Program-made: the position numbers and the translations under genes
Origin: an uncultured Spirochaetota bacterium
GTDB taxonomy: Bacteria > Spirochaetota > Spirochaetia > SZUA-6 > Fen-1364
Assembly: GCA_963820525.1 (NCBI GenBank)
Contig: CAWGAA010000002.1
Location: 128,001-192,000 of the forward strand
DNA length: 64,000 nt
Direction of reading: 5' to 3'
The notes under the pieces: model-generated
Seen by the model: only the letters and a program-made list of their open reading frames with translations
Told to the model about the DNA's origin: nothing
Databases searched by the model: none
Shown here: positions 29,028 through 38,700 of the stretch, in pieces
How the letters are laid out: each line of letters starts with the position of its first letter
Position numbering within the stretch: the stretch's first letter is position 1

Positions 29028-31772
29028 GACCGCTTCCTCCGCGGCTTGCTGCGCCGCAGCGAGCTTGGCCAGCGGCACGCGGTACGGCGAGCAGGACACA
29101 TACGTCATTCCCACTCTGTGGCAGAAGCGGACGCTCTCCGGCTCTCCTCCATGCTCGCCGCAGATTCCGATCTTCAGCTTGGGATTCACCGCGCGGCCCT
29201 TGGAGATGCCCATCTCGATCAGCTCTCCGATGCCTTCCTGGTCGATGGTCTGGAAGGGGTCCGCCGGGAGGATCTTCTTCTCGAGGTAGCGGGGGAGGAA
29301 ACCGCCCATGTCATCGCGGGAGAACCCGAAGCCCATTTGCGTGAGGTCGTTGGTGCCGAAGGAGAAGAACTCGCATTCCGCGGCGAACTTGTCCGCGGTG
29401 ACGCAGGCCCGCGGGATCTCGATCATCGTTCCGACCACGAGAACGAGCCTGGCGGGAGAGAGGCTGAACTTGGCAAGGACCTTTTCATAGACCGGCTTGA
29501 TCAGCTTTTTCTGGTCCACGATCTCCGTCACGCTGGAGGTGACGGGAATCATGAGCTCGGGCCGCGCGTCGATGCCGGCCTGGATGAGCTCGGCTGCAGC
29601 CTCCAGGATCGCCTGGGTCTGCACCTCGGTCATCTCGGGATAGGAGACGCCCAGCCGCACGCCGCGGTGGCCCATCATGGGGTTGGACTCGTGGAGCGAA
29701 TCCGCCCGCCTGTTGAACTCCTCTGTGGAGATCCCCAGATCGGTGGCCAGACGCTGCCTTTCATCGGGGCGATTGGGGACGAACTCATGGAGAGGGGGAT
29801 CGAGGAAGCGGAACGTGACGGGCAGGCCCTTCATCACCTCCATGGTCCTCTTAACGTCGTCCTTCATGAAGGGGAAGAGCTCCGCGAGGGCCTTCCTCCG
29901 CTCCTCCTCGGTCTTGGAGACGATCATCCGCCGAAGGAGGAACAGGGGCCTGTCGGAGCCTTCGCCGTAGAACATGTGCTCGAAGCGGAACAGCCCGATG
30001 CCCTCGGCGCCGAACTCCCGCGCCTTCCTGGCATCCTGGGGCGTGTCGGCGTTGGTGCGCACGCCGAGCTTTCTCACCTTGTCGCAGGTGCCCATGAAGG
30101 CCACGAAGTTGGGGTTCTCCCCGGCGGCCTTGATCAGCGGCAGGGAGCCGCGATACACGGCGCCCTTGCTTCCATTGAGGGTGAGCCAGTCTCCCTCTTT
30201 CACAACGATGCCCTTCACGCTGAGCTGCCTCTGCGCCATGTCGACGTGGATGTCACCCGCACCGACGATGCAGCACTTGCCCCATCCGCGGGCCACGAGG
30301 GCCGCGTGGGATGTCATGCCTCCCCGGGCTGTGAGAATTCCCTGAGCGGCCCGCATCCCCTCCACGTCCTCGGGGTTGGTCTCTTCGCGCACGAGGATCA
30401 CTTTCTTGCCCGCCTTGGTCCACTCCACGGCGTCGTTGGCCGTGAGAACCACCTGCCCGACCGCTCCGCCGGGACCCGCGGGGAGGCCCTTGACGAACGT
30501 GGCGGTCTCCCTCTCCTTGGCCGGGTCGATGATGGGGTGGAGGAGCTCGTCGAGCTGGGCCGGGGTGATGCGCATCACGGCCTCCGCTGGTCCGATCAGG
30601 CCTTCCTTCACCATCTCGACCGCCATGCGGACCGCCGCGGGACCGTTCCTCTTGCCGACGCGGCACTGGAGCATCCACAGCTTGCCCTTCTCTATGGTGA
30701 ACTCGAGGTCCAGCATGTCCTTGTAGTGCTTCTCCAGCCTTCTCTCGATGGCGTAGAGCTCCTGATAAATCCGGGTGAACTGCTTCTCCAGGGAAGGCAG
30801 GTCCCGGGTGTGCTCGGATTTGCCTGCCTCGTTGATGGGGTAGGGGGTGCGGATTCCCGCCACCACGTCCTCTCCCTGGGCATTGGGAAGCCACTCGCCG
30901 TAGAAGACGTTCTCTCCCGTGGCGGGGTTCCTGGTGAAGGCAACGCCGGTGCCCGAATCGTTTCCCATGTTGCCGAAGACCATGGACTGCACCGTGACGG
31001 CCGTCCCCCACTCATCGGGAATTTCTTCGATGCGGCGGTAGGAGATGGCGCGCTTGCCGTTCCAGCTCTGGAACACGGCGCGGATGCCGCCCCACAGCTG
31101 CTCCAGGGGATCCTCGGGGAAATCCTTTCCCAGCACCTCGCGCACCTTGGCCTTGTAGATCCTGATCAGCGACTTGAGGTCTTCCGCGGACAGCTCCGTG
31201 TCCTGCTTGACGCCCTTGGCGCGCTTCATCTTGTCCAGCTCGCGCTCCAGCTGCTGGCGGATTCCCATTCCCTCCGCCGGCTCCTTGCCTTCCGCCTTCT
31301 CCATGACGACGTCGGAATACATCTGGATGAGCCTGCGGTACGCGTCGTAGACGAAGCGGGGGTTCCCCGTGGCATTGATGATTCCCTGGGCCGTCTTCTC
31401 ATTGAGGCCCACGTTGAGCACCGTCTCCATCATGCCGGGCATCGATTTCCTCGCCCCCGAGCGCACCGACACGAGAAGGGGATTCTCGGGATTTCCGAAC
31501 TTGTGGCTCATGATCTTTTCTATGTGAGCGAGGCCGTTTTTCACCTGCGCATCCAGCCCCGCTGGGTATTTGCCCTTGTTCTTGAAGAAATGGGTGCAGA
31601 TCTCGGTGGTGATCGTGAATCCTGCCGGAACGGGGAGCCTGAGGTCGGGATGGCCGGCCATCTCCGCGAGGTTGGCGCCCTTGCCGCCGAGGAGATTTTT
31701 CATCTTCTCGTTCCCGTCGGCTTTCCCTCCGCCGAACAGATATACGAACTTGCCGCTCGTTTCTGGACTCAT
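28809..31772 (-). CDS. ppdK: Pyruvate, phosphate dikinase with C-terminal Lys/Ala/Pro-rich tail
   Basis: LGGKGANLAEM, SVRSGA, GGMTSHAA, GTMIEIPRA, FSFGTNDLTQ, GICGEHGG. Confidence 0.97.
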   Translation of the reverse strand: MSPETSGKFVYLFGGGKADGNEKMKNLLGGKGANLAEMAGHPDLRLPVPAGFTITTEICTHFFKNKGKYPAGLDAQVKNGLAHIEKIMSHKFGNPENPLLVSVRSGARKSMPGMMETVLNVGLNEKTAQGIINATGNPRFVYDAYRRLIQMYSDVVMEKAEGKEPAEGMGIRQQLERELDKMKRAKGVKQDTELSAEDLKSLIRIYKAKVREVLGKDFPEDPLEQLWGGIRAVFQSWNGKRAISYRRIEEIPDEWGTAVTVQSMVFGNMGNDSGTGVAFTRNPATGENVFYGEWLPNAQGEDVVAGIRTPYPINEAGKSEHTRDLPSLEKQFTRIYQELYAIERRLEKHYKDMLDLEFTIEKGKLWMLQCRVGKRNGPAAVRMAVEMVKEGLIGPAEAVMRITPAQLDELLHPIIDPAKERETATFVKGLPAGPGGAVGQVVLTANDAVEWTKAGKKVILVREETNPEDVEGMRAAQGILTARGGMTSHAALVARGWGKCCIVGAGDIHVDMAQRQLSVKGIVVKEGDWLTLNGSKGAVYRGSLPLIKAAGENPNFVAFMGTCDKVRKLGVRTNADTPQDARKAREFGAEGIGLFRFEHMFYGEGSDRPLFLLRRMIVSKTEEERRKALAELFPFMKDDVKRTMEVMKGLPVTFRFLDPPLHEFVPNRPDERQRLATDLGISTEEFNRRADSLHESNPMMGHRGVRLGVSYPEMTEVQTQAILEAAAELIQAGIDARPELMIPVTSSVTEIVDQKKLIKPVYEKVLAKFSLSPARLVLVVGTMIEIPRACVTADKFAAECEFFSFGTNDLTQMGFGFSRDDMGGFLPRYLEKKILPADPFQTIDQEGIGELIEMGISKGRAVNPKLKIGICGEHGGEPESVRFCHRVGMTYVSCSPYRVPLAKLAAAQQAAEEAVMAASKPAAKPAAKAAVKKPAAKKPAVKKPAAKKPAPKAASAKKAAPPRKPVAKKPAAKKPAVKKPAVKGKKK

Positions 31773-32069
31773 ACGGTATTCTCCCTTTCTCTCCATTGGG
31801 TTTCAGCCAAGCAGTTTCTACAATTATTAGCTGGAATCTGCATAAATGAATACCCCAAAGGTCCGACGAAAGTCAAGTCAAGCCTGGGGATCGTGACAGG
31901 GCGAACGCACATAAATGGGGCGGCGGGTGCGGTGCTCATTTTGCACCGAATAGCACCCCGGAATTGTCCCATCCGGCCTTCAACCTCCTGCCTTTACTAC
32001 TGCGCTTGGAGCTTTTCTCATGCTTGATCAGGTTCAGCGCGATATGGGCCGCTGGAACAATATGTTGTA

Positions 32070-33551
32070 CTATATCCTGAATTGAACAATCCCGCCCGTA
32101 TCATCGGTATATTCTATTAAGGATCGGCTGGTTTTCAAGTCCACGGTCAACGTACAGATCTTTTCTTCCTTCTGCCAGGAAATGCAGATAATGCTTTCTT
32201 CGGTGTCCAGCACCTGGAAAATGCCGTTAAAGGCCGGATACTCGTTTCTGAAACGGATGAGCCTCAAGAGCCTCTGGACCACTTCTTTGCGGACATTGGC
32301 GTTGATTTCCTCAACGCTGTAATTGTGGCGGTTGATCTCCCGGCCTTCTCCGGTCCGTTGAACGGCTTCCAGATCGTTTTCACCCGCGAGCAGCCCTATG
32401 TAATAAACCTGCGGTATTCCTGGCGTGAAAAACTGGATGGCCCTGGCCGAGAGATAGGCGTCATCGTTCGAGTTCAGAACGGAGTAATAGGAGCACCGGA
32501 TCTGGTGGACATCGAAACCGTCCGGGTCTTTATGTTTAGGCGAGAGTACATGGCTCAGGTTCGCGCCGCGCTCCACACAGGTTCTTACCAATTCCTTCGC
32601 GTCATGGCCTTCATACAAGTCATTCAGATCCGGCTTGACTGGAATTCCGTCATGGCAATCGAGCATCGTGAATTGCCTGTGAGGACGGATGCTAAGATAG
32701 TCTTTCAGTTTTTTGCCATTCTGCTTCAGCAGGGCTTCGAGAATGGTGTATGGCAATATAAAATCATATATCCAGTATCCATGTCCGGACAGATTGAACT
32801 GGGTTGTGTAGTGTGCATGGACTTCGGGAAGCAGCTCGATCCCGAAGGAGTCAGCCAGTTTGCTGATCCAGTCCAGGAATTGGAAGATTTCCGGCTCCAC
32901 GAAAAAGCAGCTTGTCCCGATTTTCTTGATCATGTAGCCAACGGCGTCCAGCCTGACCATCTTCACATTGTTCCGGTTGAAATTCGCCATAAACTGAGTC
33001 AGGAGCTGCCGGAACACCTCCGAATTCCAGTCCATGTCGATCTGCTCTGATGGGTCCTGCTTTCCAAAGGTGGTCCAGACCATTTCTTCCTTGCCGGTTT
33101 CCTCGATGGTGAAGCGAGAAAAAGGCGAGGGCCTGCGCAGGAATATTTTGGAAAGATCCTCTTCAGAAGGGTTGCCATCCGGCCACATCTTGTCCAAAGT
33201 GATAAACAAGTCCGCGTATCGCGAGCGGCGGCCCTTTTTCAGAAAGTCCTGAAAATAGAAGGACTGCCGGGAAATATGATTCACCATCAGGTCGAGCATG
33301 ACATCGGAGCTCTCGCTGATGTGCCATATATCCTTCCAGCTCCCGAATCTCGACTCTATCTCTAGATAGGTCAAGGGAGAGAAGCCCCTGTCTCCGGAAG
33401 AAGGAAACGGCGGCAGGATATGAATTCCACCGGAGAAAATTCCGGGAAAATAATTGCGGATGACCTGATCGAGCCCCTTTAAACTTCCTCCAAGCGAATC
33501 TGGATAGGTAACGAGTTGGACCCTATTCTTCACACCCATGGTGCGTTTCAT
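32070..33551 (-). CDS. GH13_18 phosphorylase, sucrose 6F-phosphate phosphorylase-like
   Basis: VRLDAVGY, LPEVH and LDCHDGIPV catalytic motifs; specificity loops FLRR and GFDVHQ. Confidence 0.85.
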   Translation of the reverse strand: MKRTMGVKNRVQLVTYPDSLGGSLKGLDQVIRNYFPGIFSGGIHILPPFPSSGDRGFSPLTYLEIESRFGSWKDIWHISESSDVMLDLMVNHISRQSFYFQDFLKKGRRSRYADLFITLDKMWPDGNPSEEDLSKIFLRRPSPFSRFTIEETGKEEMVWTTFGKQDPSEQIDMDWNSEVFRQLLTQFMANFNRNNVKMVRLDAVGYMIKKIGTSCFFVEPEIFQFLDWISKLADSFGIELLPEVHAHYTTQFNLSGHGYWIYDFILPYTILEALLKQNGKKLKDYLSIRPHRQFTMLDCHDGIPVKPDLNDLYEGHDAKELVRTCVERGANLSHVLSPKHKDPDGFDVHQIRCSYYSVLNSNDDAYLSARAIQFFTPGIPQVYYIGLLAGENDLEAVQRTGEGREINRHNYSVEEINANVRKEVVQRLLRLIRFRNEYPAFNGIFQVLDTEESIICISWQKEEKICTLTVDLKTSRSLIEYTDDTGGIVQFRI

Positions 33552-33554
33552 GAA

Positions 33555-34208
33555 TTATTCCATGCTCAGCACATCATAGTCTTTTGTGATAATGAAGTCC
33601 GCGAGCTGCCTATGCCCCGCTATGATCATGTGCTCGCTCATCAAAACCTGCTCGATGAATGGGTCTCCCGCTTCGTTGCCCCGGTTTCTTTTTTGCCTAT
33701 GCTCTAAGGTGTCCAAGCGACTTCTGGCTATAAAGATTCTGGTATCCACATGCTTCAGCAATGAAGAATAGGTTCCTTCAACAATGAGCACCTGGATGCC
33801 ATCCAAGCTTATTCTCTCTTCTTCAACGGAATTCGTATCATAATCGATTAGGGGCTTGATGAACTCGGTTTTCCCTTCGGCCGCGTCTCTCACATTGCTC
33901 TCCAGCAAATCAAGCTTCACCTCCACGTGGGGTCCGAGCCATTCCGGGTCTTTCCGTCTTTTCTCGTCATTAGACTTCGGCGGAAGAACGAAGTAATCGT
34001 CCTGCCCCAGTATCACGGATCGAACGCCGAGCATTGCCAGCTCGTCGGCAATCGCTTTCCCAGTCTCGGATTTGCCGCTGCCGGATTCGCCGGCAACCGT
34101 GATGATATATCTCGATGACTTCATTCTGACTTTTTCGATTATTCTTGACACGATCAAACCAGCCGCTTTGCGGTGATGTTCTTCCACTATGATAATATCC
34201 CCCTTCAT
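33555..34208 (-). CDS. P-loop kinase (uridine-kinase-like fold), putative sucrose kinase
   Basis: Walker A GESGSGKS, QDDYF and IVEGTY; ends 3 nt before the phosphorylase ORF. Confidence 0.7.
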   Translation of the reverse strand: MKGDIIIVEEHHRKAAGLIVSRIIEKVRMKSSRYIITVAGESGSGKSETGKAIADELAMLGVRSVILGQDDYFVLPPKSNDEKRRKDPEWLGPHVEVKLDLLESNVRDAAEGKTEFIKPLIDYDTNSVEEERISLDGIQVLIVEGTYSSLLKHVDTRIFIARSRLDTLEHRQKRNRGNEAGDPFIEQVLMSEHMIIAGHRQLADFIITKDYDVLSME

Positions 34209-34299
34209 TCTCAATGCCCTCCTCGGGTAGATCCGGCCCCAAAAGCCTCGTCAGCCTCGCGTCCCTCGCGTGCGTCCATGTCTCGCCCGAAAAAAACAA

Positions 34300-34362
34300 T
34301 TGACAGATAACCCAAAATGCCCCATAGTCGTAATGAAAGAACTTTCATGAAAACGCTTTCAT
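34300..34362 (+). promoter_or_regulatory. sigma70 promoter with tandem LacI-type operators
   Basis: TTGACA-17-CATAGT followed by ATGAAAGAACTTTCAT (34333-34348) and ATGAAAACGCTTTCAT (34347-34362). Confidence 0.75.
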
Positions 34363-35381
34363 CTAGAAGGGATAGCATACCACGCAAGGGTGAGTCAACA
34401 ATATATAGCGTCGCTGCCCACGCCGGGGTGAGCATCTCCACGGTGTCGCGCTTCCTCAACTCCCCTGAAAAAGTGAACGCCGAAACCGCCCGGCGCATCA
34501 AGTCCTCGATAGACCAGCTCGACTATTTCCCGCATGGACACACGGGAATGCGGGCGCACAGAAGCATCGGGCGTATTGGGGTCCTGTCGCCTTTCTTCCC
34601 CGCGCCTTCGTTCGTGCAGCGCCTCCAGGGCATGACCAGAGTCTTTCGGGAAGCGCATTGCGAGATGGTGATATGCGCGGTGGACTCTCCTGAACAACTG
34701 GCCGAATACCTGCACTCGATCTCCTTCCTGTGCAGGTTCGATGGCCTGATCATCATGTCGATGCACGTCGGGGACGGAGACGCCCGCCGCCTCATCCAGT
34801 CCAACCTCCACGTCGTGATGATCGAGTCCGTGAATCCCCTGTTCACGTGCGTCGAAGCAGACAACGTGCTGGGCGGACGCCTCGCGGCTCAATGCTTCCT
34901 GGAAAAGGGCTATTTGCCTTGCGCCTTCATCGGAGAGCAGACGTCCCTCCCCTACTCCCTGCAGCCCAGCGGCATGCGGATGGCCGGTTACCGTGAAGTC
35001 CTGCAGGCCGCGGGCCATCCACTGGCCCCTGAACTCATCCGGACCGGGCAGGTCAGTGTCGACGATGCGTGCCGCATGGCCGGGGAGTTGTTGGATCTGC
35101 CGGCGCCGCCACGCGCCATATTCGCGATGTCGGATCTCCAGGCCATCGGTGTTCTCAAGGCGGCACGGCAGCGGGGGATCGCGGTTCCGGAAGCGCTCGC
35201 GGTCCTGGGCTTCGACGACATCGAGGCGGCGGGCTTCATGGACCTGAGCACGGTGAGCCAGTCCCTGGAAGAATCTGGTCGAGTGGCCGCGCAGCTTCTC
35301 ATCGACCGCATTCGCGAGCCGGGCCGGCCCCTTCAGCGCGTGCACCTGGACGTGCGAGTTGTAGAGAGGGACACGACGTGA
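34347..35381 (+). CDS. LacI-family transcriptional regulator; start uncertain
   Basis: TIYSVAAHAGVSISTVSRFLN HTH, AIFAMSD, VLGFDD, LSTV. Confidence 0.93.
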   Translation: MKTLSSRRDSIPRKGESTIYSVAAHAGVSISTVSRFLNSPEKVNAETARRIKSSIDQLDYFPHGHTGMRAHRSIGRIGVLSPFFPAPSFVQRLQGMTRVFREAHCEMVICAVDSPEQLAEYLHSISFLCRFDGLIIMSMHVGDGDARRLIQSNLHVVMIESVNPLFTCVEADNVLGGRLAAQCFLEKGYLPCAFIGEQTSLPYSLQPSGMRMAGYREVLQAAGHPLAPELIRTGQVSVDDACRMAGELLDLPAPPRAIFAMSDLQAIGVLKAARQRGIAVPEALAVLGFDDIEAAGFMDLSTVSQSLEESGRVAAQLLIDRIREPGRPLQRVHLDVRVVERDTT

Positions 35382-35604
35382 ATGCGCGCCCTTTGCCCAG
35401 GAGGAGGATTCCGATTGTCACCCGTACTCCCGGTTGGGGAGGCAGCAAATCTCTTTCAGAAGGCGGAAGAAGATGAGACAGAAAACCATCATCATCTTCG
35501 CGGTCCTGACTCCGGTTGCCGGAGCGACTTTCAATAAGCTTCCTTTTCCTTTCCCCCTCGGTGAGGGGGCAGGTCACCATCAAGTTTTTTAAACGGAGGA
35601 TGCT

Positions 35605-36831
35605 ATGAAGAAACTCGTACTGGTACTCGCATCAATCCTGCTCGGTGCCGCGGCTTTTGCCCAGGGCATCACCCTGGCCCAGAACAAGCCCGAGATCGAC
35701 GCGGTCCTCAAGGCGTACGCGGCCGTGTGGTCCAAGGCGAACAACGTTCCCGTCACCATCAAGTCCGTGGGCGGCGGCATCGGCATGGACCTCAACAGCC
35801 AGCTCAAGGCCGACCTCGCCGCGGGCGACATGCCCGACATCTTCGCCATCAACGGCCTGGCGGAATACAAGGACTGGGCGGACCTCGTCCTCGACCTCTC
35901 GAGCGAGCCATGGGTAAAGAACACTTCGGTCGCGTTCAAGTATGACGGCAAGGTCTACGGCTACCCCGTCGCCATCGAGGGCTGGGGCATGGCCTACAAC
36001 GCCGACATCCTCAAGAAGGCCGGTGTCGATCCCAAGACCCTCGTCACCTACGCGGCCTACAAGGCCGCCTTCGAGAAGATCAACACCCAGAAGGCCAAGC
36101 TCGGCATCAAGTCCGTGGTCTCCATGGCCGCCTCTCTCGACATGGGCTGGGTCACTGCCCACCACAACTTCAACTCCCTGCTCTCGAACGGCCTTCCCTA
36201 CGGCGACCTCTCCGTCGTGAACGACCTCCTCGCCGGCAAGGTCGACGCCAAGCGCCTCTCCGAGTACGCCAACTGGGTGGAGCTCCTCTTCAAGTACGCC
36301 GACAAGGCCGTCCTCACCACGGGCAACTATGCCGCGCAGGTCGGCGCGTTCGCGTCCGGCCAGGCTGCCTTCCTCCACCAAGGCAACTGGACCGATCCCA
36401 ACATGGCAGAGGCGAAGGCCACCTTCCCCATGGCCTTTGCGCCCCACGGCTCCATGGCCAAGGCCACCGACGGCATCTTCGTGGCCGCCCCCTCGTTCTA
36501 TTGCGTCAACAAGAACTCCCGGAACGTCGCGGCCGCGAGGGAGTTCCTGAACGACCTCGTCTTCACCGAGGCGGGCAACAAGTACATGGTCCTCGACGCG
36601 GGCTCCATCCCCGCCTTCTCGAACGTGAAGCTCAACCCGACCGGCCAGCTCTCCAAGTCCGTCCAGGCCTGGGCCGCCGCCGGCAAGATCTACAGCTGGA
36701 ACCAGTACTACTTCACGGAAGATTTCCGCAACAAGACGCTCGCGCCGATCTACAACCAGTTTGCAACCGGCGCCATCACCAAGGCGCAGTTTATCGACCT
36801 CATGACCAAGGCCTTCCAGGGCCTGAAGTAG
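35605..36831 (+). CDS. Sugar ABC transporter substrate-binding protein (MsmE-like)
   Basis: Signal peptide; AGDMPDIF, DGKVYGYP, YNADIL, HQGNW. Confidence 0.92.
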   Translation: MKKLVLVLASILLGAAAFAQGITLAQNKPEIDAVLKAYAAVWSKANNVPVTIKSVGGGIGMDLNSQLKADLAAGDMPDIFAINGLAEYKDWADLVLDLSSEPWVKNTSVAFKYDGKVYGYPVAIEGWGMAYNADILKKAGVDPKTLVTYAAYKAAFEKINTQKAKLGIKSVVSMAASLDMGWVTAHHNFNSLLSNGLPYGDLSVVNDLLAGKVDAKRLSEYANWVELLFKYADKAVLTTGNYAAQVGAFASGQAAFLHQGNWTDPNMAEAKATFPMAFAPHGSMAKATDGIFVAAPSFYCVNKNSRNVAAAREFLNDLVFTEAGNKYMVLDAGSIPAFSNVKLNPTGQLSKSVQAWAAAGKIYSWNQYYFTEDFRNKTLAPIYNQFATGAITKAQFIDLMTKAFQGLK

Positions 36832-36872
36832 GATCCGTCCTGCGGGCCTGCCGTATGGACGGCTCGCGTCCG

Positions 36873-36909
36873 ACCCGCCCTCTGGCGCTTACCGGGGGGC
36901 GGGTTTATT
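36873..36909 (+). terminator. Hairpin between binding-protein and permease genes (attenuator or mRNA stabiliser)
   Basis: ACCCGCCC...GGGCGGGT followed by TTATT. Confidence 0.6.
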
Positions 36910-36931
36910 ATGTGCGCAGGAGCGTCAATAA

Positions 36932-37846
36932 ATGCGGAAAGCGAAACATCCCGCCGTCTTCTGGATCTTCCTCGCGCCCGTCCTCTTCGCCTTCGCGGTC
37001 GTCATCGTCATCCCCTTCTTTCTCGGTGTGTACTACTCCTTCACGAACTGGTCGGCGACGGCCCGGCTGGGTGACAGCCTTAAACTGGTTGGCCTCAAGA
37101 ACTACGCCGGCATCCTGAAGGACCCGAGCTTCACCTATTCCTTCATCCTCACGGTCGTGTACACCCTGCTTAACATGATCGTCATCAACGTGGTGTCATT
37201 CAGCCTTGCCATGCTCGTGACGCGGAAGCTCAAGGGACGCAACCTCTACCGCGCGGGCTTCTTCATCCCGAACCTCATCGGCGGCCTCATCCTCGGCTAC
37301 GTCTGGCAATTCATCTTTAATAACGCCGTTCCCTCGATCGGGACGATGCTCGGGTTCGCGTCCTGGGCAGACGCAGCGAACCTCATACTCGCAAAGAGCG
37401 GCACGGCTACCCTCGCCCTGGTCGTGGTGGGGACTTGGCAATACGCGGGCTACGTCATGGTCATCTACGTGGCCGCGATCGAGACCATCCCCCAGGAACT
37501 CATCGAAGCGGCGCAGATCGACGGCGCCTCGCCGCTTCGCCGGCTCTTGGCGATCACCTTGCCGATGACACGACAGGCTTTCACAATCACCCTCTTCCTG
37601 ACCCTGGTGAACTCGTTTAAGCAATTCGACGTCAACGTCTCCCTCACAGCGGGAGGACCGTCCGTCATGTACATGGGTCAGGCGATCTATGGCACCCAGC
37701 TCCTCGCCATGAACATCTACAACCAGGGTTTCAAGTCGAACGACATGGCCGGCGGCCAATCCCGCGCAGTCATATTCTTCCTCGTGCTGGTAATCGTTTC
37801 GATCATCCAAGTCTCCGTCAACAAGAAGCGGGAGATCGAGCTGTGA
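36932..37846 (+). CDS. Sugar ABC transporter permease (MsmF-like)
   Basis: EAA motif ELIEAAQIDGA; multiple TM segments. Confidence 0.93.
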   Translation: MRKAKHPAVFWIFLAPVLFAFAVVIVIPFFLGVYYSFTNWSATARLGDSLKLVGLKNYAGILKDPSFTYSFILTVVYTLLNMIVINVVSFSLAMLVTRKLKGRNLYRAGFFIPNLIGGLILGYVWQFIFNNAVPSIGTMLGFASWADAANLILAKSGTATLALVVVGTWQYAGYVMVIYVAAIETIPQELIEAAQIDGASPLRRLLAITLPMTRQAFTITLFLTLVNSFKQFDVNVSLTAGGPSVMYMGQAIYGTQLLAMNIYNQGFKSNDMAGGQSRAVIFFLVLVIVSIIQVSVNKKREIEL

Positions 37847-38700
37847 AAAAGCGCCACCCCCGACTCGTCGCCCCCGAGATCCTCGCCGTCGTCCTCTTCC
37901 TCCTGTTCCTCTTTCCCTTCTTCATTGTCGTGGTGAACGCGGCAAAGACTCCCTTCGAGATCACGCAGAGCCCACTTACACTTCCCGCAGAATGGAAGAA
38001 GATCCTCGAGAACATGTGGTCGATCTGGACCAGCGTCAACGTTCACTACTCCTCCTCCTTCCTGAGCTCCGTCATCATCACCGTGGCTTCCCTCCTCCTG
38101 CTCAACGTCCTCTCCTCGCAGGCGGCCTGGGTCCTCGTGCGCACCAAGACGAAACTCTCGATGGGCATCTTCATCACTTTCGTCGCGGCAATGGTCATCC
38201 CCTTCCAGATCGTCATGTTCCCCCTGCTCACCTGGTTCCGCGAGATTTCCACGCTCACAGGGGTGCGGCTCCTCCGGTCCTTCGCGGGAATTATCCTCGC
38301 CTACATTGGCTTCGGCATGTCGCAGTCCATCTTCCTGTTCCACGGGTTTATAAAGAGCATTCCGCTGGAGCTCGAGGAGGCCGCGACCATCGACGGCTGC
38401 AAGCCCTGGCAGATCTTCTACCAGATCATCTTCCCTATCCTGAGGCCCATCCACGCGACGGTCCTCGTGCTGAACGGTATCTGGATATGGAACGATTACC
38501 TCCTCCCCCTTCTCATCCTCGGGAAGGGGAACAGGGTGATGACCATCCCTCTCGCCGTCTCCAACTTCGCGGGGGCATACGTCAAGCAGTGGGACCTCAT
38601 GCTCACGGCCATCCTCATGGCGATGATTCCCATCGTCATTTTCTTCCTCGTCGCCCAGAAGTCAATCATCAAGGGAATGGTCGCCGGCTCGATCAAATAA
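37843..38700 (+). CDS. Sugar ABC transporter permease (MsmG-like)
   Basis: ELEEAATIDGC, WNDYLLP, QKSIIKG. Confidence 0.93.
   Translation: MKKRHPRLVAPEILAVVLFLLFLFPFFIVVVNAAKTPFEITQSPLTLPAEWKKILENMWSIWTSVNVHYSSSFLSSVIITVASLLLLNVLSSQAAWVLVRTKTKLSMGIFITFVAAMVIPFQIVMFPLLTWFREISTLTGVRLLRSFAGIILAYIGFGMSQSIFLFHGFIKSIPLELEEAATIDGCKPWQIFYQIIFPILRPIHATVLVLNGIWIWNDYLLPLLILGKGNRVMTIPLAVSNFAGAYVKQWDLMLTAILMAMIPIVIFFLVAQKSIIKGMVAGSIK

Noticed and set aside
29046..32027. 993-aa + strand ORF, and similar long antisense ORFs (6319-8034, 25920-27596, 48315-49697, 49661-51586)
   Set aside because: Shadow ORFs of well-supported genes, expected from high GC3; no recognisable motifs.
35415..35592. Short ORFs of about 40 aa between lacI and the binding-protein gene
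   Set aside because: Two overlapping candidates with no recognisable homology; cannot be supported.
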